DNA of 64,000 bases from Candidatus Levyibacteriota bacterium (GTDB taxonomy: Bacteria > Patescibacteriota > Microgenomatia > Levybacterales > UBA12049): assembly GCA_016432345.1 (NCBI GenBank), contig CP066685.1, positions 48,236 to 112,235 of the forward strand, in the 5' to 3' direction. Positions 9,795 to 19,650 of this stretch are shown one piece after another. The position numbers were made by a program, and so were the translations under genes. Under the pieces are notes generated by a model that was given only the letters and a program-made list of their open reading frames with translations, was not told where the DNA came from and did not search any database. Numbering within the stretch: the first letter of the stretch is position 1; every line of letters begins with the position of its first letter.

Positions 9795-10619
9795 TTACAT
9801 GTAGACCGCTAGAAGCTGTTTATATCTATATATCGCTTGCTTGACGTTGGTTAGCTCAGGTATCAAATATCTGTTTTTGTTGGTTTGATATTGTTTTTTG
9901 ACTTTATCAGAGGCTATAGACAATGCAATTTTTGTATAACTTTCACCTGCTAAATTTCGCCAATACCAATCCCTATCCCTTCGAATATTGTTTGCAGGGT
10001 CTTTTTTCATCCTGTAAAAGTGTTTAAGTAGTTGCTCATTTTCTTCAAAGATTTTAGGTACATTATCCTCAAAGATTTTTATCAAATCATCTTTAGTTGT
10101 CATGGGAGAAATACGGATAATAACTTCAGGATATGGGATTTCTTCAAGATGCAGTTCAGGCGGAAATACTTCTATGCTAGTTGTTCGATAGCTACTGTCG
10201 TCAACTTCACCGCAGACAATAGCACGTTGGATTATAGAGGTAAAATATTCAGGTCTTTTAAAATCCCTGCTTAGATTTTGTGTTTCCCATTCAAACCGCT
10301 TGTAATAGGCAACATATTGAAGGCGTCTTTCTATATCTTTGGGGTGTTTCTTAATATCTTCAAGTTCAGCCTCGATTTTGCCCGATTTATATCTTTCAGC
10401 TTGCCACTCGACACTCTCAAGCATTTTCTGTGAACGCCATGCATCGAAGTCTTCGTAAGATATTAACTTATCTATTGAGAATTTTTGCCTTAGTAAGGGC
10501 AAGAGTCTTAAAAATTCAGGTTTATCAAGAAGATAGGCACAATCCATATATGCAATATCATTTTTGCAGTTTATTTTTATCTTTAGTTTTAATAAATCAG
10601 AGTTGTCTTTTTGTTTCAT
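9795..10619 (-). CDS. Hypothetical protein, possible C-terminal HTH
   Basis: Long open frame in the element; GESYTKIA...VKQAIYRY. Confidence 0.65.
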   Translation of the reverse strand: MKQKDNSDLLKLKIKINCKNDIAYMDCAYLLDKPEFLRLLPLLRQKFSIDKLISYEDFDAWRSQKMLESVEWQAERYKSGKIEAELEDIKKHPKDIERRLQYVAYYKRFEWETQNLSRDFKRPEYFTSIIQRAIVCGEVDDSSYRTTSIEVFPPELHLEEIPYPEVIIRISPMTTKDDLIKIFEDNVPKIFEENEQLLKHFYRMKKDPANNIRRDRDWYWRNLAGESYTKIALSIASDKVKKQYQTNKNRYLIPELTNVKQAIYRYKQLLAVYM

Positions 10620-10814
10620 AGTATCCTGTATATATTTTACACAAACTAGGGATGGGGGTGGTTAGCTTTAGAAATTATTTTTGTTACAATGTTCTTTGAT
10701 GCCTCTTATAATCGGGTCTAATTTTCAAAACTAGATTTTAGAGTAAAAACAGAGAGTCTTTCAGGTATAGAGTAAGACCAATAAAAACAACCATTAAAAA
10801 CTTGATGAAATCTT

Positions 10815-11297
10815 ATGGCAGACAAATTAATTTCAAACACAAAAAGGGATAAACTTTTAAATAAGTGTGAGAGTTTAATGCTCCAAGGGGTCGACAGTCC
10901 AACTGATATATCAGAATCCTTAAATGTTTCTTTTAATACCGCAAGAAGCTATGTAACCATCATTAAACAAAGATGGTCAAACTATTCAAACACTGAAGAA
11001 TTACAAGCTAAACGACAAGAATTAATTCGAAAAACAGAAGAAGTGATAAAAGAGGCGTGGACACTTAAAAATCACGCTAGAAACACCCTAGAAGCCGTTG
11101 GAAGCCTTCGCACTGCTCTCATGGGCATTGAGAGGCTACAAAAACTACTTGGGATTGATTCCTTGCCTATACCAATCGAGAAACCTGTTGAAATTCAGAC
11201 TTTTGAGCTTGCTCAAGAGGTTATTGCGTTACCTGAAGAAGATAAGAGTGTAGCGTTATCTATGATTAGAGAGGAAATTAAGAAAAGAGCTTGCTAA
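10815..11297 (+). CDS. HTH-containing hypothetical protein (terminase-small-subunit-like architecture)
   Basis: SPTDISESLNVSFNTARSY HTH followed by a helical hairpin ending ERLQKLLGID. Confidence 0.55.
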   Translation: MADKLISNTKRDKLLNKCESLMLQGVDSPTDISESLNVSFNTARSYVTIIKQRWSNYSNTEELQAKRQELIRKTEEVIKEAWTLKNHARNTLEAVGSLRTALMGIERLQKLLGIDSLPIPIEKPVEIQTFELAQEVIALPEEDKSVALSMIREEIKKRAC

Positions 11298-11365
11298 AAT
11301 ACCTATTGATTTTTTAATAAGGATTTGAGATAATTAATGTATAGGATAATAAATTTGAGAATTAT

Positions 11366-12085
11366 ATGAAAATTAAGAAAAAGGCTTCCTCTAAATATTC
11401 TTTTCAAAAAGGATTTTCCCCAATAATCATTGTTGTAATAGCTTTTGTTGTGCTTCTAGGCGGAGTATTTATATACTCAGTTTCAAAAAATCCAGCAGTC
11501 CAAAAACAGGTTGAGTTACAAAAATCCCTTCAAAATACTAGCCAAGATATTCCAAAAGGCAATGCTCACTGGGATAAATCACAAGATTTATTTTCCCAAA
11601 TGAAAAAAGAGACAGACACGGAAAAGATAAAAAAACTAAATGACCAGGCCATACAGGAGTTAAAAGCTGTACTTGATGAGATGCCGAATAATGCTAGAGT
11701 TTGGGATGAGCTTGGGAATGCATATACCTGGGTAAGCAGTTTAGATCCCAAAGCTCAGTTAGACTTAGGATTAGCAGCTTATAAAAAGGCAGAAGAATTA
11801 GACTCAAATAACACTGTCTATATAAATGCTGTGGGTGACCAACTAATAAGCATGCAGAGATACGATGAGGCTATTTTGCAATTTCAAAAGACTTTAAGGC
11901 TTACTCCTAATTCTGGCTATGCTAATTTGAGCTTATGTAATGCTTACAAAGGTGCAAAGGTTTATGATTCTGCCAGAGAAAGCTGCCAAAAGGCTATAGA
12001 TATATTCACTAATGAGAATAAAGACGGAAAGTATGACAGCCAGGTTTTAGAAGCAAAAAAAGCTATGGCTGGTATACCTAAATAA
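11366..12085 (+). CDS. Membrane-anchored TPR protein with prepilin-like N-terminus
   Basis: QKGFSPIIIVVIAFVVLL followed by TPR helices. Confidence 0.75.
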   Translation: MKIKKKASSKYSFQKGFSPIIIVVIAFVVLLGGVFIYSVSKNPAVQKQVELQKSLQNTSQDIPKGNAHWDKSQDLFSQMKKETDTEKIKKLNDQAIQELKAVLDEMPNNARVWDELGNAYTWVSSLDPKAQLDLGLAAYKKAEELDSNNTVYINAVGDQLISMQRYDEAILQFQKTLRLTPNSGYANLSLCNAYKGAKVYDSARESCQKAIDIFTNENKDGKYDSQVLEAKKAMAGIPK

Positions 12086-12091
12086 TATTAT

Positions 12092-12445
12092 ATGAATAGA
12101 CCAAAATTTTTAACAGGTTGGCTAATTTTTATGATTATTGGAAATGTATTCTCTCTTTATTCCTATACTTTAGGTTCTGATAACATAGCAAAGACGCTAC
12201 CCAATATGCCTTCCTGGGCAATAACTGTATTTGCAGTAGGAGCAGTAGTAAATTTATTTGCTGTTGTAATGTTATGGATGTGGAAGAAAATGGGTTTTTA
12301 TATCCTAATTGGTTTAGCAATCGTTGTAGCTTCGTTGAATGGTATGCTATTAGGGGTTGCAGGAGTTTTTGCAAGTCTTTTTTCTCTGATTGGAGTAGGA
12401 ATTCTTTACCTAGCTATGAAGCCAGTTTGGCAAAACTTCAAATAA
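12092..12445 (+). CDS. Small 4-TM membrane protein
   Basis: Four hydrophobic segments. Confidence 0.7.
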   Translation: MNRPKFLTGWLIFMIIGNVFSLYSYTLGSDNIAKTLPNMPSWAITVFAVGAVVNLFAVVMLWMWKKMGFYILIGLAIVVASLNGMLLGVAGVFASLFSLIGVGILYLAMKPVWQNFK

Positions 12446-12621
12446 AATAATTGCCTCTGCAGAATATACAAGGATCAAAATAAACTTAAAGACAATCCTT
12501 TGACCTGGATTTTTTAACTTCAGTAAGAAGATTCTGCTATAATTACAGGGCAGAATAAACGGGAACCATAGAATAATTATTGATAAAATAGGTTCTAACA
12601 GCGTCAATGGTTCGCCGCCAA

Positions 12622-12708
12622 GGAGAGGTCGCATAGCGGACTAGTGCAGCAGTTTTGAAAACTGCCGTGACAGCAATGTTACCGTGGGTTCGAATCCCAC
12701 CCTCTCCG
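12622..12708 (+). tRNA. tRNA-Ser(TGA), right copy (attR)
   Basis: Identical to 7031-7117; no encoded CCA. Confidence 0.92.
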
Positions 12709-12749
12709 CTACGTAAAACGTGGCTTCGCAAAAGTGTTATGATAAATAT

Positions 12750-13574
12750 GTGGAGTATCAGGAAATTGATAATTGGGAAAAAGTATCAGAACTTAAAAAA
12801 CTTTTAGATTTATCAACAAAGCCAAAACATCTCTATTACATAGGCAACCTCGATCCTCAAATTTTTAAGCATTGTGCGGCAATTGTGGGGTCGAGAAAAA
12901 TGACTTCTTATGGACAAACAGTTGTTGAGAAAATGGCACCTCGGCTTATTTCCCAAAATATCACCATAGTTTCTGGGTTTATGTATGGGGTAGATCAATA
13001 TGCTCACAGAGTTTGCGTTGAGAGCGGGGGTAAAACAATTGCAGTTTTTGGTTGGGGAATAAACACTAAATTAACAGGTAATGATTTGAAACTGGCCAAA
13101 GATATTATCGCAAGCGGAGGATTATTACTGTCTGAATGGGAAGAACAAAAAGCATCTCATTGGACATTTCCTGTTAGAAACAGAATTGTAGCCGCTTTAT
13201 CTGATGCTGTGTATGTGGTGGAAGCAGCGTTGCACAGTGGTTCTTTAATTACTGCAAGACTGGCTCTAAAACTTAAAAAAGAGCTCTTCGCAGTTCCCGG
13301 ACCAATTACTTCTCGCACCTCTTTTGGCACCAATAAATTAATAGCGGATGGAAAAGCCAAAGTGTGGTTGGGGCAGGATGCAATAAACATTTTGCAGTCT
13401 GTCATTGATGATCCAATGCTGCAAATTTTAGATAACGAAGCATTAAGCGCTGATGAGTTGGCTTTGAAACTGAATGTTCCAATTTCTAAAATTGGAGCTA
13501 AACTTTCCATGTTTTTGTTGTCTGGTCAACTTAATGAAAAAGGAGGAAAATATTACATAAACTATGTTAGTTAA
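12750..13574 (+). CDS. dprA: DNA-processing protein DprA
   Basis: AIVGSRKMTSYG, IVSGFMYGVD, FPVRNRIVAALS, SGSLITA; start uncertain. Confidence 0.92.
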   Translation: MEYQEIDNWEKVSELKKLLDLSTKPKHLYYIGNLDPQIFKHCAAIVGSRKMTSYGQTVVEKMAPRLISQNITIVSGFMYGVDQYAHRVCVESGGKTIAVFGWGINTKLTGNDLKLAKDIIASGGLLLSEWEEQKASHWTFPVRNRIVAALSDAVYVVEAALHSGSLITARLALKLKKELFAVPGPITSRTSFGTNKLIADGKAKVWLGQDAINILQSVIDDPMLQILDNEALSADELALKLNVPISKIGAKLSMFLLSGQLNEKGGKYYINYVS

Positions 13575-15111
13575 AATTCCCTCCATTGCCAATATTGGTT
13601 TAGAAACTGTGCCTATAGATGTGGAGGTGGATGTGGCGTCGGCCGGGTTTCCCGGATTTACTATTGTCGGGCTGGCTAGTAAAGCTGTGGAGGAGGCAAG
13701 GGAGAGAGTTAAAACAGCTATTATTAACTCGAAGTTGGATTTTCCAGGCAGAAAAATTACCGTTAATCTTGCTCCAGCAGATTTGCCTAAAGATGGAGCG
13801 GCTTATGATTTGCCAATTGCCATAGGGGTACTTTTGGCCAGCGGACAGTTACATCTGCCAAAAGAATTCAATCTTTCAAAATCATTTTTTTATGGCGAAT
13901 TATCATTAGACGGGACGCTGCGGCCAACACGTGGAATTTTACTGCTGGGCCTTTTTGCCCAAAAAATTCGCGCCTCCTCAATTTTTGTACCAGCCCAATC
14001 TGCATACGAAGCTAGTGTAGTTAAGGATATTGCCGTCGTGGGGCTAAATTCATTGTCAGAGCTAATTTTACATTTGTCGGGTGCCAAAGTAATTAATCCT
14101 TTAACGCACTCTAAAGCAAAAAAGAAGCTAGATTCCGAGCATGGAGAGTTTGATTTATCAGAAATTGCCGGGCAAGAACAAGCCAAAAGGGCACTAATTA
14201 TTGCTGCTTCCGGCGGACATAATCTGTTAATGTGGGGTCCTCCTGGAACAGGAAAGACCATGTTGTCCCGCTCCCTTCCAGGCATTTTGCCTCCGTTAAC
14301 TCTGGAAGAGAGTTTAGAAGTAACCAGAATTTACTCTGTTTCTGGTTTGATGTCTTCGGATCAACCGCTTATTTCCAAAAGGCCATTTCGATCGCCTCAT
14401 CATGGCATCTCAACAGCAGGAATGGTAGGAGGCGGCAGCAACCCTTTGCCAGGAGAGGTAAGTTTGGCCCATTTGGGGGTGTTGTTTTTGGATGAAATGC
14501 CGGAATTTCAAAGGGGTTTAATTGAAAGTTTACGACAGCCGATGGAGGATGGAACAGTGGAGATTGTGAGAGTTTTGGGGCATGTGAAGTACCCTGCCAG
14601 TTTTACTCTGATTGCGGCTATTAATCCTTGTCCTTGCGGGTATTTAGGGCATCCTAAAAAGGAATGTAAATGCTCTGAAAAACAGATTATTAAATATAAA
14701 CAGCGAATTTCAGGGCCTATTTTAGATCGGGTTGATTTATTTGTCCAGGTAGGTGTAGTAGAAACAGAAAAACTATCTGTAACATCACAAAATAAGGCAT
14801 ACCGATTGTCGTCAAAAGAGGCAAGAGAAAAAGTAATCAGTGCCCGTAAACTGCAAAAACAAAGATTCAAATATGAAAAGAGAAATATCTACACTAATTC
14901 CCAGATGAAAAATAGCGATGTGAAAAAGTACGCTAATTTAGAAAAAGAAGCAGAAAATCTGCTAAAACTTGCTTCCGATAAGTTTGATTTTTCCGCCAGA
15001 AGCTATTTTCGTTTAATAAAAGTGGCAAGGACTATTGCTGATTTAGAGGACTCAAGCAGTATAAAGCCTTTACACATGGCTGAAGCTTTGCAATATAAGC
15101 AGATGATATGA
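13564..15111 (+). CDS. comM: YifB/ComM Mg-chelatase-like AAA ATPase
   Basis: KITVNLAPADLPKDG, GPPGTGKTM, RPFRSPHH, NPCPCG. Confidence 0.93.
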   Translation: MLVKIPSIANIGLETVPIDVEVDVASAGFPGFTIVGLASKAVEEARERVKTAIINSKLDFPGRKITVNLAPADLPKDGAAYDLPIAIGVLLASGQLHLPKEFNLSKSFFYGELSLDGTLRPTRGILLLGLFAQKIRASSIFVPAQSAYEASVVKDIAVVGLNSLSELILHLSGAKVINPLTHSKAKKKLDSEHGEFDLSEIAGQEQAKRALIIAASGGHNLLMWGPPGTGKTMLSRSLPGILPPLTLEESLEVTRIYSVSGLMSSDQPLISKRPFRSPHHGISTAGMVGGGSNPLPGEVSLAHLGVLFLDEMPEFQRGLIESLRQPMEDGTVEIVRVLGHVKYPASFTLIAAINPCPCGYLGHPKKECKCSEKQIIKYKQRISGPILDRVDLFVQVGVVETEKLSVTSQNKAYRLSSKEAREKVISARKLQKQRFKYEKRNIYTNSQMKNSDVKKYANLEKEAENLLKLASDKFDFSARSYFRLIKVARTIADLEDSSSIKPLHMAEALQYKQMI

Positions 15112-15464
15112 AAGCGCATAACAGACAAACAGGAATTTTGGCAGAAAATTTAGCTGCAGAGGAGCTGGCTAAAAAAGGCTACTCTATTTTAGAGCGAAAC
15201 TTTAGCAATCGCTATGGTGAAATAGATATTATTGCCAAAGATAAAGAAATGTTAATTTTTGTGGAGGTAAAAGCAAAGAGGGGAATAGAATTTGGCACAC
15301 CCGAAGAAATGATAACTGCTTATAAATTAAAACGAGTCCAAAATATGGCCACCATCTACATGAAAGGTAAAAATTTGCCTTGCAGAATTGATGTGGTAGC
15401 AATCGTTTTTTCTCCAGATAACAAGATACTGTCTTTAACTCATTACAAAAATGTTTACTTCTAA
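15108..15464 (+). CDS. yraN: YraN family nuclease-like protein
   Basis: GEIDIIA..FVEVK..CRIDVV. Confidence 0.9.
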   Translation: MKAHNRQTGILAENLAAEELAKKGYSILERNFSNRYGEIDIIAKDKEMLIFVEVKAKRGIEFGTPEEMITAYKLKRVQNMATIYMKGKNLPCRIDVVAIVFSPDNKILSLTHYKNVYF

Positions 15465-16095
15465 TTTTGTGGGTATACTTGATTTTTTGTTTCCCAAATA
15501 CTGCGTTAATTGTAAAAAGCTGGGATCGTATCTTTGCTCCGATTGCTTTTCTTACATTTCATTCAGCGAACAAAATACTAATAGTAGATATTTTTCTGCT
15601 ATTGCTTACAAAGGTGTGGTTAGGAAACTTATTTTCCAGTTTAAGTATAAACCATACTTGTCGGATCTTCGCAGTGTGTTGTCAGACCTTTTTTATGAAA
15701 GTTTAATTCAGCAAGAGAAATTTATGCAGATTTTAGAGACAAATCCTATTTTAGTTTCTATTCCGCTTCATAAATCAAGATTACAAAAGAGAGGATATAA
15801 TCATGCTCAAATTTTGGCAGAAGACCTAGCGAAGAGATTTGGTTTGTCTTACGTTGATTTACTCAAGCGGGTAAAGAAAACATTGTCGCAGTATGGTCTT
15901 AAAAAAGATGAGCGCAGAAAAAACGTTGCTGGCGCTTTTGTTTTTATAAATGATAAGCAACAAGTAATAAGAGATAGGTATGTTTTTTTAGTTGACGATA
16001 TTTTAACTACCGGCGCAACTATAAACGAAGCTACGCTGGTTCTCCAAAAAGCTGGGGCCAAAAACGTGTGGGGACTCGCCCTTGCGAGAGATTAG
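15451..16095 (+). CDS. comF: ComF family protein
   Basis: N-terminal CxxC pairs, RGYNHA, LVDDILTTGAT PRT motif. Confidence 0.9.
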   Translation: MFTSNFVGILDFLFPKYCVNCKKLGSYLCSDCFSYISFSEQNTNSRYFSAIAYKGVVRKLIFQFKYKPYLSDLRSVLSDLFYESLIQQEKFMQILETNPILVSIPLHKSRLQKRGYNHAQILAEDLAKRFGLSYVDLLKRVKKTLSQYGLKKDERRKNVAGAFVFINDKQQVIRDRYVFLVDDILTTGATINEATLVLQKAGAKNVWGLALARD

Positions 16096-16097
16096 TG

Positions 16098-16505
16098 TGG
16101 AGATGTCCGAGAGTGACTCGGAGTCCAAGAGCGACAATAAAAAACATCTACAAGCATAGTTGATTTTTAAGAGTCATTTTATTCTTTGTCAATCAACAAA
16201 CATGAATAAAATCAAGGTTTAATAAATAAAATAAGGACAAAAACCAATCTTCCTTACCATTTCTCAACTGTGTTTCTGCCTATACCGTCCCATTGAGAAA
16301 GATGATATAAACAAACCTTAAGCTCTCGCTAACGCGAGTTCTCTTTGGTTAAGCATTCCAAGCTCGGACATAATTGCGTATGCCTCTGCAAAGAGTGCTC
16401 GTCTGCTGGTTTTAATAGCAGTTATTATTTGATCTTTTTTACGACTGTTATCAAAGTCGGCTTGCAGTTTTTTAACGTACATTCTTGTCGATGCAATGCA
16501 TCCCC
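16098..16505 (-). ncRNA. ssrA: tmRNA
   Basis: 5' GGGGATG..TCGAC pairs with 3' CATCTCCA; ATAACT|GCT resume site; directly downstream of smpB. Confidence 0.88.
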
Positions 16506-16541
16506 AAGTAAAAGTATTATATCCCAAAACTGTGGCAAAAG

Positions 16542-16973
16542 TCAAGTGATTTCCGAGGCTATTTCTCTTTCAATATCTTTCTGCTTTTTTGCCTCTTTTT
16601 TCTCGTACTTCTTTTTACCCTTTCCTAAGGCTAATTCGAGCTTGATAAAGTGGTCGTTGGTATATAAAGAAAGAGGAACAATAGTTAGGTTTTGCCCTTC
16701 TATTTTTGATTTGAGGGCAATAATTTCTTTCTTATGGAGCAGGAGCTTTCGCGTTCTTCTTTCGTCATAATTCTCCGGTCGGGCATACTTGTAGGGGAAA
16801 ATTTTGGCATTGATAAGATAGGCTTCAGAGCCAGTAATGCGAACATGCGAGCCTGTTAAATCAGCATGGCCGCCTCGCACTGCTTTTACTTCGGATCCTA
16901 ACAGGTTAATGCCTGCCTCAAACCGCTCAAAAATTTGATAATCATAAAATGCCCGTCTATTGTTAATTTTCAT
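16542..16973 (-). CDS. smpB: SsrA-binding protein
   Basis: NRRAFYDY, EAGINLLGSEVK, RTRKLLLHKKEI, GKKKYEKK. Confidence 0.96.
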   Translation of the reverse strand: MKINNRRAFYDYQIFERFEAGINLLGSEVKAVRGGHADLTGSHVRITGSEAYLINAKIFPYKYARPENYDERRTRKLLLHKKEIIALKSKIEGQNLTIVPLSLYTNDHFIKLELALGKGKKKYEKKEAKKQKDIEREIASEIT

Positions 16974-16976
16974 ACA

Positions 16977-18716
16977 TCAGAAATCAATTTCCCATATTTT
17001 ATCACTGCTTAAGACAAAAATCTTTTTATCTTTTTCCAAAACTTCAAACTCTTGAGCATCTTTAAATATATTTGCTTGATATTGTGTTTGGTAGACACCT
17101 GTTTTATTTAAAACCACAATTCGGCTGTTGCCGTTGTCTAAAATATACAGGCTGTCTATTTCTGTATCGGTAAAAATTCTTTGCGGTTTTGATAAGGGTT
17201 TGTCAAGTTCGGAAACCTTAAAATCTTCCTGTTTGCCGCGAGTAAATTTTTTAACTTCCCCGTTTTCAAAAAGGACAAAAATCGAAGCATCAATTGCTAA
17301 CGAAGTTACTTTTGAGAAGTCTTGTGTTTTTCCAGCAAGGTAATTTGTCTTGATATATTCATCCTCGCTTGGCACAAATTTTAAAATCTGACCCCTATTT
17401 TTATCAAGCACATAAATGTTTCCGTTGTATGCCCCAAGCCCCGAAGCATTTGTCCAATGGTCTTTATTTGGAATAAGCGTTTTTTTATTTTTCGTTTTTT
17501 TATCTATAGAAAAAATGGCGCTCTCGGTTAAAACAAAGATATTTTTTTCATCTTGAGTAGAGTAGAGGGCATTATTTTCTTTTGCAGCGGTAAGAAGAAG
17601 ACTGTCTTTTGCGTCAGCAGGTTTTGCCTCCACTATGCTAATGCCCGAGGCAGATTGCAAAGCGGAGTCTATTTTTGCAGATAACTCGGAAAGTTTTTTT
17701 TCATATTTTGATCCTTTTTTAAATTTATTTTTGCCTTCATTTACAAGCTTTTTCGCTTCTAAAAAGTCGTCTCGGCTCAAGTTTTTGTTAAGCGAGAAAA
17801 GACTTTGTCCTTCATCATATTTTTTCTGGGCTTTGGAAAATACTTCTTCAAACAAAGCATCATTTTTTGCCGCCTCTTTTTGCCGCAATACAAATATGCT
17901 GCTTCCCAAAAGCAATAGAATTAAAGCTGTTGTTATAACAAGAAATGTTTTTTGTTTGCGCGAAAAACTAAAATTCAAATAATAAAAGCGATTAGATATT
18001 AAGTTTCTAATCCAGGTCCAGGTTTGAATTGACAATGTCATAATTTTCTTTTTGACATTTATCTCTTGTTTTTCTTCCATTATCGTTTGTTCTTCTGTGG
18101 TTTCTGTGAGTGTTTCTTTATAGGTAATAACTATGGCAGAGGCGCCGCCTTCTTCTTTTTCGTGCAATATAGGAGAAAGGTTTTCGGCAATTTCCGAAAG
18201 ACTGTTGTGGTCGATTGCGCTGGCAAGTTGTGTTTTGGAAATTATTTTCCCAAACTGCTCTGTTTGTAAAATAATAATGTCGTTATCCTCCAAAAACCCT
18301 GATGCAGATGCGACTATTGCTTTTTGAGAGGTTAGAAGAAGTCCTAGTTTATTTGCTCGTTTTAGATATATTTTTGAGTCTCCCACGGCAATGACATACA
18401 AAACATTGTCCAGTACCGAGCACAGCGCCAAAGATAAGCTGATATTTTCTTTTTCCAGCGCTTGTTTTATAGCAATTTCTGTGGCTGTTTTTATGGCAGA
18501 CAAAGTTTTATTCTCTATGGTGAAATACTCGGCCTCCAGCGTATTTAAAATTTCTTTGCCAATTGTGCCAAGGGATAAATCTTCGTTTACTTTTGGTTCG
18601 GATGAATACGAAATAGAAACAACAGCAAAAAGATTTCCAGCAGTATAGCTTTGAGACCAAGACGAGGCAGTTGGAGAAGCAACAACGGTTGCGGCATGTA
18701 GTCGCTTGTTTTCCAT
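16977..18716 (-). CDS. Membrane protein: degenerate PP2C-like N-domain, TM, C-terminal beta-propeller
   Basis: VGDSKIYL; TM near residue 260; IYVLD/LYILD blades. Confidence 0.65.
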   Translation of the reverse strand: MENKRLHAATVVASPTASSWSQSYTAGNLFAVVSISYSSEPKVNEDLSLGTIGKEILNTLEAEYFTIENKTLSAIKTATEIAIKQALEKENISLSLALCSVLDNVLYVIAVGDSKIYLKRANKLGLLLTSQKAIVASASGFLEDNDIIILQTEQFGKIISKTQLASAIDHNSLSEIAENLSPILHEKEEGGASAIVITYKETLTETTEEQTIMEEKQEINVKKKIMTLSIQTWTWIRNLISNRFYYLNFSFSRKQKTFLVITTALILLLLGSSIFVLRQKEAAKNDALFEEVFSKAQKKYDEGQSLFSLNKNLSRDDFLEAKKLVNEGKNKFKKGSKYEKKLSELSAKIDSALQSASGISIVEAKPADAKDSLLLTAAKENNALYSTQDEKNIFVLTESAIFSIDKKTKNKKTLIPNKDHWTNASGLGAYNGNIYVLDKNRGQILKFVPSEDEYIKTNYLAGKTQDFSKVTSLAIDASIFVLFENGEVKKFTRGKQEDFKVSELDKPLSKPQRIFTDTEIDSLYILDNGNSRIVVLNKTGVYQTQYQANIFKDAQEFEVLEKDKKIFVLSSDKIWEIDF

Positions 18717-18721
18717 GTGTG

Positions 18722-18946
18722 TTACAGTATAACAAGAGCGTAAATAAAAAGCGAAATTGCCGCTATAAGATTAAAGCCTGTAATAAATGCAAGAAATGTT
18801 GAAGAGTGTGTTTCTTGTATCACTTTATTCATTACTCTTGTCTGGTGAAATACAACAAAGGTAAAAACCGCATATAAAAATAGAATAATAAGAAAAAAAG
18901 ATTTTAAAAGAAACTGCGGTAAAAGAATCGTATTTAGATCAGGCAT
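18722..18946 (-). CDS. Small 2-TM membrane protein (DUF5657-like)
   Basis: Hydrophobic, Q..VMN motif. Confidence 0.65.
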   Translation of the reverse strand: MPDLNTILLPQFLLKSFFLIILFLYAVFTFVVFHQTRVMNKVIQETHSSTFLAFITGFNLIAAISLFIYALVIL

Positions 18947-19577
18947 GACTTCCTTTCCCAATCAGGTCTTGAATTATGTTAACTACTTTTGTTGGGTTAG
19001 GAACTGCAAGAAAATCAAAATGAAGTTTTTCGCCGGCGGTTTGCACAAAAACATCGCCATAGTTAAATAACGATCGAATAAACCCTGTTTGCGTATAGTT
19101 TACGTCTTCGATAAGGCTAAGTTTGGTTACGGCGACATCGTGATACAAAAGGTCTGAAAAATCAATATCAACCACCCTTTTTTGAGTAACAAACGATATA
19201 TTAAAATACCAAGTGATAAATTCAACTAATGCAAATGTTAAAACAACAAGGTAATAAAAGATCAGAAAGATTTGCGTAAAGGCGCTAGGGAGAGAGAAAA
19301 AAAGAAATGCAGAAAGTTCAGAGGAAAGAAGCGGCAGTAGAGGAGGGATAATAAAAAGGAGAAATACCAGCGTAATCCAGGGAACATTGGTTATAAAGTG
19401 GCGGCGCAAAAGAAGCAAAATTATTTCGTTTGCTTCTTGGTTTTGAAACGATACTTCTCTTGGATGATCGCAAAATGATGCGAAATGATGAACGTGAGCA
19501 GACTTTTTAAGTACAGTATCTGTTTGCGTTTTGGATGCTGTAGAAGTATTTTTTTCTGTAGTAAAAATATCTGGCAT
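18939..19577 (-). CDS. Membrane protein with bacterial PH domain
   Basis: RRH, 2 TM, VTQKRVVDIDF, FNYGDVFVQTAG. Confidence 0.8.
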   Translation of the reverse strand: MPDIFTTEKNTSTASKTQTDTVLKKSAHVHHFASFCDHPREVSFQNQEANEIILLLLRRHFITNVPWITLVFLLFIIPPLLPLLSSELSAFLFFSLPSAFTQIFLIFYYLVVLTFALVEFITWYFNISFVTQKRVVDIDFSDLLYHDVAVTKLSLIEDVNYTQTGFIRSLFNYGDVFVQTAGEKLHFDFLAVPNPTKVVNIIQDLIGKGSHA

Positions 19578-19582
19578 AATAT

Positions 19583-19650
19583 CAGCGTTTAGCGTATAGA
19601 TAATAGCGTATAGTTTAACTAAACGCTAGACGCTAACAAACTAGACGCTG
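19583..19650. repeat. Palindromic heptamer element, copy 4 (fills the intergenic gap)
   Basis: cagcgtttagcgtatagataatagcgtatagtt taactaaacgctagacgctaacaaactagacgctg. Confidence 0.85.

Noticed and set aside
16318..16545. 75-aa ORF as a protein-coding gene
   Set aside because: It lies mostly inside the tmRNA; only its 3' part is the tag reading frame.
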